A DNA stretch of 23,758 bases, taken from contig JABXKD010000059.1 in NCBI GenBank assembly GCA_013375475.1, positions 1-23,758 on the forward strand, written 5' to 3'. The translations under genes and the position numbers were made by a program. The notes beneath the pieces were generated by a model, which saw only the letters and a program-made list of their open reading frames with translations, did not search any database and was not told where the DNA came from. Source of the stretch: Promethearchaeota archaeon. Its GTDB lineage: Archaea; Asgardarchaeota; Lokiarchaeia; Sigyniarchaeales; SOKP01. Below are positions 17,458 to 23,758 of the stretch, in pieces; within the stretch, counting starts at the first letter, position 1; each line of letters starts with the position of its first letter.

Positions 17458-19833
17458 ATGGTTAAAGAGGAATTTATATTTCAAAAGAAAGCGATAGAAC
17501 TCGAAAATCGGGAAGAATTAGGCTCTTCCTACAAGATAAAGTCATATGAAGCTAAGTTAAAATTAATGAAAAGTAAGGAGATTCCTCAGAAATCTATAGA
17601 AGATGTATTAAATCACTTTTTCTCAGAAAATGAGGATATAACAAAAATAACAAAGGATTCCATATCTAAGGTTATATACTCTCAAAAAGATAGGATCATC
17701 ATTATCATTGCTAGCTCAGGACAAGATATCATTTGGAAAAGAGATAAATTGATCTTTGCGTACGGTTGGTTTTTCTTTGTTTCTAAACCTAAGCAAAAGT
17801 CTAATAAAGCGAAAAAAGAGAAGAAGAAAAAGGAACCTAAGAAGGAGGAAAAAATCTTAAGTAGAGAAACTTTTCCTTTTGGAGAAATTACTATTCCACT
17901 AAAAGAAAAGGAAAATATGCGTTCATTATATCATACTAAAGAATACTTTCAATATTTGAAGCTTATAAACTCAAACAAAATACCTCAACAACCTATAAAA
18001 GATGTTTTAAACGATTTATTATTTAAAAACGAAGATATTCCCTTGAAAGAAAAGAAGTCCATTGGAAAGATCATTTATTATCAAAAAGAGCGGGTAATTG
18101 TTGTTAAAGCTTTAATAGGAGATATGATGTATGAACAATTAAAAGGATTAGTAAAGAAATACGGATGGTATTTTTATATTACTGGCGTCCCTGTAGGTGA
18201 AAGTAATATTTCAGAAGCAATTGATAAAATCGATAAAAAATTCGATTCTGATTATTTTAAAGAGATATTAGTTTCAAACGGTGATAGAAATGAAAAGACA
18301 AGAATAACGATTTATCCAATTGTTCTTAAACCAAATCATAATTGTCATATTTTAGGCATGGGAAATCTTAACATTTTGCTAGATTGTGGAATTTCTGAGC
18401 CAGAAGATACTGAAAATCCAGATGAAAAAGAACCTACAGAAGAAGTAGAACAGATAGAGAACAGAGAAAATATTGATAATCTCGAAGATTCTAAAAAAGA
18501 AATGGAATATAAAAGACCCGATGATTTTAAGCACATTGAAGAATATCTTCAAAACCTCCCTCATTTAATACTAGACGCGGAGAAAAATGAATCAATATCT
18601 GAAAACAGTCAACAGAAACAATCTTTTCTGCCAAAAATTGACGCTATATTTATCTCACATAGTCATTTCGATCATGTTTCTGGGCTTAAGAAGTTAATTT
18701 CGCAAAACCCTGACATTCCCGTTTTCTGTTCGCGAATTACATTAGATTTATTCCTCTTAAGGGATTCCAACTACTTAAAACAGGAAAATAGCAATGAGGT
18801 TGAAGAAGAAGAATATCGAAATATCGTGAAGAATGTAATTTATGTAGAAAATGGAGATAAAATTGAATTTAAAGACAAAGAGTGCTTTCTATCTTTTTTT
18901 CATGCTGGTCACATGCCAGGTGCATTAATGTTATTAGCAAAGGTTAACGATTTTCGATTCCTATATACGGGTGATTATACTTATTACGATATTACTCCGT
19001 TTGCTGGTACAAAAAGGTTTCTAGAACAGATCTCTCGTCCTATTGATTATCTATTAATTGATGGGACTGCTGCACAAGAAGAATACGGGGATATATCTGA
19101 CCAATTTCACAGTTTAATACTTTTCTTAGAACAAAAAGCAGAATATGAGGACAATGTCTTAATAGGGGCTGATCCTTCAAGTTTAGCTATAAGTTTTATG
19201 CTTATTTTTTGGCGTTATTTTCGGAAATTACAATTACGAAAAGGTTATACAAAACGCCCTAATATTTATGTAGACATGATGGTAAGGAAAAACATTCAAG
19301 TCATAAATCATCGTTATGAGTACATCTATGGACCTATATCACGATTGATAAAAGGTAAAGCTAATCCTTTTAATAGTATCAAATTTAGATGGTTCGACCG
19401 AAGTGATTTGGATTTTTTACGTAAGAAAAATAATATAATAATCTCTCATCCTCCTGATCTTTCTTATGGTTTAATCAGGAATATCATTAATATAGTTGGC
19501 CGTAACCCTCATAATTTGGTATTTCTAGCAGGAGCAATTCACGAACAACCTGGTATGGATTTAATTTCTGGCGGAAAAGAGATTGAATTCTCTGAAACAT
19601 GGAAAGCACCATTTAGAGCATTTTTGATAAATACATTCATGCCTCAGCTTAAATTAAAATTACACGCTGATAAGATTCAACTTGCAGAAATGATAAAAGT
19701 TCTTGAACCAAAGGAAGTGTGTTTTTTCCATCAATCAGCAAAAAAACTTATTGATGTAGTGGAATATGTAAAAGAAATGGGTGTTGAGAAAGTCTCACTA
19801 CCAAAAAAGAGAAAACTTCTGATATTAAATTAA
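17458..19833 (+). CDS. MBL-fold beta-CASP nuclease with two N-terminal KH-like repeats (divergent aCPSF-like); alternative start TTG 17446
   Basis: Motifs LLDCG, SHSHFDH, AGHMPG, YTGD, LHAD and FFH; duplicated N-terminal unit of about 85 aa. Confidence 0.8.
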   Translation: MVKEEFIFQKKAIELENREELGSSYKIKSYEAKLKLMKSKEIPQKSIEDVLNHFFSENEDITKITKDSISKVIYSQKDRIIIIIASSGQDIIWKRDKLIFAYGWFFFVSKPKQKSNKAKKEKKKKEPKKEEKILSRETFPFGEITIPLKEKENMRSLYHTKEYFQYLKLINSNKIPQQPIKDVLNDLLFKNEDIPLKEKKSIGKIIYYQKERVIVVKALIGDMMYEQLKGLVKKYGWYFYITGVPVGESNISEAIDKIDKKFDSDYFKEILVSNGDRNEKTRITIYPIVLKPNHNCHILGMGNLNILLDCGISEPEDTENPDEKEPTEEVEQIENRENIDNLEDSKKEMEYKRPDDFKHIEEYLQNLPHLILDAEKNESISENSQQKQSFLPKIDAIFISHSHFDHVSGLKKLISQNPDIPVFCSRITLDLFLLRDSNYLKQENSNEVEEEEYRNIVKNVIYVENGDKIEFKDKECFLSFFHAGHMPGALMLLAKVNDFRFLYTGDYTYYDITPFAGTKRFLEQISRPIDYLLIDGTAAQEEYGDISDQFHSLILFLEQKAEYEDNVLIGADPSSLAISFMLIFWRYFRKLQLRKGYTKRPNIYVDMMVRKNIQVINHRYEYIYGPISRLIKGKANPFNSIKFRWFDRSDLDFLRKKNNIIISHPPDLSYGLIRNIINIVGRNPHNLVFLAGAIHEQPGMDLISGGKEIEFSETWKAPFRAFLINTFMPQLKLKLHADKIQLAEMIKVLEPKEVCFFHQSAKKLIDVVEYVKEMGVEKVSLPKKRKLLILN

Positions 19834-19947
19834 ACCCACAAAAATTTTGAAGTAATTAACAAGCCCCCCAGTAAGAAAAATCGTAAAAACTATATTTATA
19901 AAATCTTTTCCTAATATATTAAATACAACTTAGAGCGTTGATGTAAT

Positions 19948-20322
19948 ATCTATTCAGAAAAAGTAATGGATCACTTTAAAAACCCTCGTAATATGGGGGA
20001 AATGAAAGATGCAGATGCAATCGGAGAAAACGGGAATCCTGTATGCGGAGATCTCATGTATATTTATATAAAAGTGGAAGAAAAAGATGGCAAAGAAATA
20101 ATAAGCGATTTATCTTTTCAAACTTTTGGTTGTGCTGCTGCAATTGCAACGTCTTCTATGATAACAGAATTAGCTAGGAATAAAACGCTCGAAGAAGCAT
20201 TGAAAATAACAAGAAGTGATGTAGCTGTCTCTTTAGATGGTTTACCTCCAATTAAAATGCATTGTAGCAACTTAGCGGCTGATGCTTTGCAAGATGCTAT
20301 TAAAAAGTATCGTGAGAAGTAA
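19948..20322 (+). CDS. iscU: Fe-S scaffold IscU/NifU-like (MisU); inferred ATC start (first ATG 19966)
   Basis: (M)YSEKVMDHFKNPRN, GNPVCGD, FGCAAAIA and LPPIKMHC. Confidence 0.92.
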   Translation: MYSEKVMDHFKNPRNMGEMKDADAIGENGNPVCGDLMYIYIKVEEKDGKEIISDLSFQTFGCAAAIATSSMITELARNKTLEEALKITRSDVAVSLDGLPPIKMHCSNLAADALQDAIKKYREK

Positions 20323-20451
20323 AAATTAATTCTGCTATAGTTTGGTTCACAAACCTCATTTTTATAATGATTAGGTTTAATTACCACTACCAATTTTCTT
20401 GATTAGTATAGCAAGAAACGCTATCGAAAATTAATTAATTGAGATAATAAG

Positions 20452-20697
20452 ATGAGTTTATTACAATGTCCTATTTACTCCGGAGCATTTGGTCCATTTG
20501 CTTGGGTTTTTATGCTTATTGGAGGAATAGCTGCTTTGGTTATAGGTATCTTGATCGCAAATTATATGCATAAAGACGCTATAAAAAGAGGTATAAACGC
20601 TGAATTCTGGTTCGTTTTTGGCTTATTCTTCAGTGTTTTTGGATTAATTTTATACCTAATTGTAAGAAATAATTATAACCAAGAACGGAAGGAATAA
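20452..20697 (+). CDS. Small two-TM membrane protein (PLDc_N-like)
   Basis: TM helix, then KDAIKRG, W, a second TM helix and GLILYLIVR. Confidence 0.7.
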   Translation: MSLLQCPIYSGAFGPFAWVFMLIGGIAALVIGILIANYMHKDAIKRGINAEFWFVFGLFFSVFGLILYLIVRNNYNQERKE

Positions 20698-20717
20698 AAG
20701 ATCAGATTTTAGAAATC

Positions 20718-20743
20718 TTTTTTTATTTTTATTTTTATTTTTT
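20718..20743 (+). terminator. Oligo-T terminator-like tract
   Basis: Repeated T-runs just after the stop at 20697. Confidence 0.4.
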
Positions 20744-20983
20744 AAATTATAAATGAATTTGAAATGTCATTCGCCTTTCTATCGTTTTTAGGAGATTGAA
20801 AGTCTTATTTCTCTATTTTAAGATATATATTAAAGTATAATCTAAATTAATTTTTAAAATAGAATTCATGAGAGAGATTTCACTAATAGGTGTAAAGAAA
20901 AGATCAAATATATTTTCAAATTATAATCAAAATCTATATTTAATTTTCTCAATAATTAAGAATTAGGAAGAAGAGTGAGTAAA

Positions 20984-23758
20984 ATGGAAGCAAAACAAGA
21001 CGAAAAAATAAAAATAAACCTCAGCGGTATGACGTGTGCCTCTTGTGCTCTAAAAATAGAGACAAAATTAAAGAATTTAGATGGTGTTAGTAGCTCAGTT
21101 GTAAATTTCGCGAATGAAGAAGCCACATTAGAATATGATTCGACCAAAATCAATTATGACGACTTTAATAAGGCAGTTAAAGATTTGGGGTATAAAGCAA
21201 GCTTAGCTAAAATTGACTATAAATTAATAGATTCTATTTCAGAGTCAGAGTTCAACAGTCTAGTAAATGATTTTAAAAAACTTAAGGGCATTTATGAAGT
21301 AAGAGGTAATTTCAAAGCTAATAAATTTTTTATCGAATTTAATGAGTTACAACTTGATGAAAGTAAGATATATTCGATAGTCAAGAAATTTGGGTATAAA
21401 ATTGAAAAAGCTGCAGGATCTCTTGATAAAGAAATTGAAAGGCATAAAAAAGAAATGACCTATCGATTAAGGATCCTGCTCATTTCAATAGCATTTATGG
21501 TTACCATAACACCAATAAGTTGGTTCGTAGCCGAATCTTTCATTAGGAATATAATTCTATTAATTTTAGCGTTAATTGATTTTAGTATAGCAGGGTCTTT
21601 CTTTCTTATAGGAGCATATAAGTCTTTAAGAAATAAATCAACTAACATGGATGTTTTAGTAGCTTTAGGAACTACTACTGCTTTAGTATATTCGATTTTG
21701 ACTACGTTTTTAATTGATGGCAAGACATTTTATGAAGCAATGAGTATGATTCTTGCTTTTCTTTTAATTGGCAAGTATTTTGAGCATAAAACAAAAGGAC
21801 AAACTTCTGAAGCAATTAAAAAGCTTATTGGGTTACAACCTAAAACAGCAACTCTTTTAAAAGATGGAATAGAAATCGAAATTCCAATAGAAGAGATTGA
21901 GGTTGGAGATATTTTAGTTGTTCGACCTGGAGAAAAAATTCCGATTGATGGGAAAGTAGTTAAAGGAAAAACAAAAGTCGATGAATCAATGATTACTGGA
22001 GAAAGTAGATATGTGAAAAAAGAAATTGAAAGCGAAGTAATTGGTGCCACAATGAACCAAACGGGATTAATTAATATCACAGCGGAAAAAATAGGGAAGG
22101 ATACTTTTTTATTTCAAATAATTAATTTTGTAAAGGAAGCCCAAAGTAAAAAAGCGGCGAAACAATTATTGGCAGACAAAGTTAGCAATTATTTTGTTCC
22201 TGCGGTTATTGTAATCGCACTTGGAGCTTTCTTATACTGGTATTTTATTGCAGGTATAGGATTAGAATTATCTCTATTAGTATTCACATCGGTTGTTGTA
22301 ATCTCTTGTCCATGTGCTCTCGGTTTAGCGATACCTACTGCTGTCATGGTAGGTACTGGTAAAGGTGCTCAAAATGGGATTTTATTAAAAGGTGGTGATT
22401 CATTAGAAGCAATTAGTAAGATTAATACTATTGTTTTTGATAAAACTGGGACATTAACTATAGGGAAACCAAGAGTATCTGCAATTTTTACTGAAAAAGA
22501 TTTAAATGGCAACGGCTATGACGAACAACAGTTATTGTTTTATGCTGGAAGTGCTGAAATGGGGTCTGAACACCCTCTTGGACAAGCAATTATTGAAGAA
22601 GCAAATCAAAGAGGTTTAACTCTTGAAAATCCTACTGAATTTGATGCTATCCCCGGGAAAGGGATTAAGACTGATATTAAAAGTAATACCGTTCTCATAG
22701 GTAACGAGCAGTTGATGGTAGATTATAATATTTCAATTGATTCCTATAAGTCTAAATTTAATGAATTTCAAAACCAAGGAAAAACAACAATTTTGATTAG
22801 CGTTGAAAATGAAATAAAGGGAATAATTGGAATTTCAGATAAAATGAAAGAACAAGCTCCGTATGCTTTAGAAAAATTACGTGAAAAAGGTTTAGAGCTT
22901 TTTATGCTGACAGGAGATAATAAACAAACTGCTTTGAATATAGGAAAGGAGCTAGGATTTGACGAACAACATATCTTAGCAGAGGTTTTACCTAACGAAA
23001 AAGCCGAAACTATTAAAATATTACAAAATTCCGAGGAAAACAAAATCGTAGGTATGGTTGGGGATGGTATAAATGATGCTCCAGCATTAGTTCAAGCAGA
23101 TATTGGAATTGCGATTGGTTCTGGAACAGATATAGCAATAGAGACCGCAGACATAGTATTAATGAGAGGAGATCTTAGAAATGTAGTAGCCGCAATTAAT
23201 CTTTCTAAAAAAACTTATAAAAAAATGATAACCAACTTATTTTGGGCGTTTATATATAATTTAATTGGAATTCCGATAGCTGCGGGAGTTCTTTATTACT
23301 CAACTGGATTCTTTTTACCTCCCTTTTTAGCAGCAATTTTTATGGCGTCAAGTTCTGTTTCTGTTGTCACTAATGCACTTTTCTTGAAAAGATTTGAACC
23401 AAAAACACCTCAACAATTAGAAGAAGAAAGGCTATTAATCTCACAAGAAAAGGTTGTAGATCCTGTGTGTGGTATGGAAATTGACCCGAGAAGAGCATTG
23501 GAATATGAATATCAAGAAAAAATTTATCATTTTTGTAGTTCTAACTGTGAAAATCATTTCAAACGAGATCCAGAGAGGTTTAAAAACTACGATAAAATGG
23601 ATCCTAAGTTAATGCAAATGAAGATTAGCGAAGAAGAATCAAAAAATGTTGAAGATCAGGAAGATAATCAAGAAATCAATATAAATAAAGAAGAAAAAGA
23701 GGTAGAAAAAAAAATGGGAAAATTGAAATGTGTTGAATGTGGTGAAACTCTTCTCGAA
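20984..23758 (+). CDS. copA: Cu(I)-translocating P1B-type ATPase with C-terminal YHS/TRASH domain and a further Cys-rich domain (3'-truncated by the window; not in the ORF track)
   Basis: GMTCASC (HMA), TGES, CPC, DKTGT, SEHPL, GDGINDAPAL, YN and MASSS; then DPVCGM...HFCSSNC and KCVECG. Alternative start GTG 20975. Confidence 0.95.
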   Translation, partial: MEAKQDEKIKINLSGMTCASCALKIETKLKNLDGVSSSVVNFANEEATLEYDSTKINYDDFNKAVKDLGYKASLAKIDYKLIDSISESEFNSLVNDFKKLKGIYEVRGNFKANKFFIEFNELQLDESKIYSIVKKFGYKIEKAAGSLDKEIERHKKEMTYRLRILLISIAFMVTITPISWFVAESFIRNIILLILALIDFSIAGSFFLIGAYKSLRNKSTNMDVLVALGTTTALVYSILTTFLIDGKTFYEAMSMILAFLLIGKYFEHKTKGQTSEAIKKLIGLQPKTATLLKDGIEIEIPIEEIEVGDILVVRPGEKIPIDGKVVKGKTKVDESMITGESRYVKKEIESEVIGATMNQTGLINITAEKIGKDTFLFQIINFVKEAQSKKAAKQLLADKVSNYFVPAVIVIALGAFLYWYFIAGIGLELSLLVFTSVVVISCPCALGLAIPTAVMVGTGKGAQNGILLKGGDSLEAISKINTIVFDKTGTLTIGKPRVSAIFTEKDLNGNGYDEQQLLFYAGSAEMGSEHPLGQAIIEEANQRGLTLENPTEFDAIPGKGIKTDIKSNTVLIGNEQLMVDYNISIDSYKSKFNEFQNQGKTTILISVENEIKGIIGISDKMKEQAPYALEKLREKGLELFMLTGDNKQTALNIGKELGFDEQHILAEVLPNEKAETIKILQNSEENKIVGMVGDGINDAPALVQADIGIAIGSGTDIAIETADIVLMRGDLRNVVAAINLSKKTYKKMITNLFWAFIYNLIGIPIAAGVLYYSTGFFLPPFLAAIFMASSSVSVVTNALFLKRFEPKTPQQLEEERLLISQEKVVDPVCGMEIDPRRALEYEYQEKIYHFCSSNCENHFKRDPERFKNYDKMDPKLMQMKISEEESKNVEDQEDNQEININKEEKEVEKKMGKLKCVECGETLLE

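Noticed and set aside
906-23043. Short antisense or overlapping ORFs in the track (906-1154, 4596-4787, 5951-6157, 7369-7587, 10384-13656 series, 14199-14483, 14720-15028, 18345-18564, 20118-20393, 20956-23043 series)
   Set aside because: All lie opposite well-supported genes and show no motifs. They are shadow ORFs; those opposite the WD40 gene look repetitive only because they mirror its repeats.
1-23758. Mobile elements, tRNA or rRNA genes
   Set aside because: I saw no transposase or integrase motifs, no terminal repeats and no GC-rich structured RNA segments.

Overview
AT-rich archaeal chromosomal segment. I infer an Asgard archaeon (Lokiarchaeia-like) from the PAC2 chaperone, the archaeoflavoprotein, an aCPSF-like nuclease and a C-terminal TIR fusion; no marker gene is present to prove it. 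From left to right: the 3' end of a MoxR-type AAA+ ATPase; an HEXXH+vWA partner; a minus-strand run of smsC/sufC, smsB/sufB, a redoxin, a wHTH protein and a hypothetical gene; an unlisted 43-aa single-TM protein; a PAC2 chaperone; a 4x[4Fe-4S] polyferredoxin; a two-TM (CorA-like) protein fused to an ADP-ribose-type Nudix domain, next to a 21-WD40 + TIR protein; a 4-TM protein; an AfpA-like flavoprotein; IscS/MisS; a MobA-like protein; a divergent beta-CASP nuclease with tandem KH-like repeats; IscU/MisU; a small membrane protein; and a CopA that runs off the window end. Two signals stand out. The first is a candidate TIR-signalling pair: a WD40-TIR sensor and a 2TM-Nudix 'chanzyme'-like effector. 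The second is two conserved genes, and possibly a third, that seem to need near-cognate ATT/ATC start codons.
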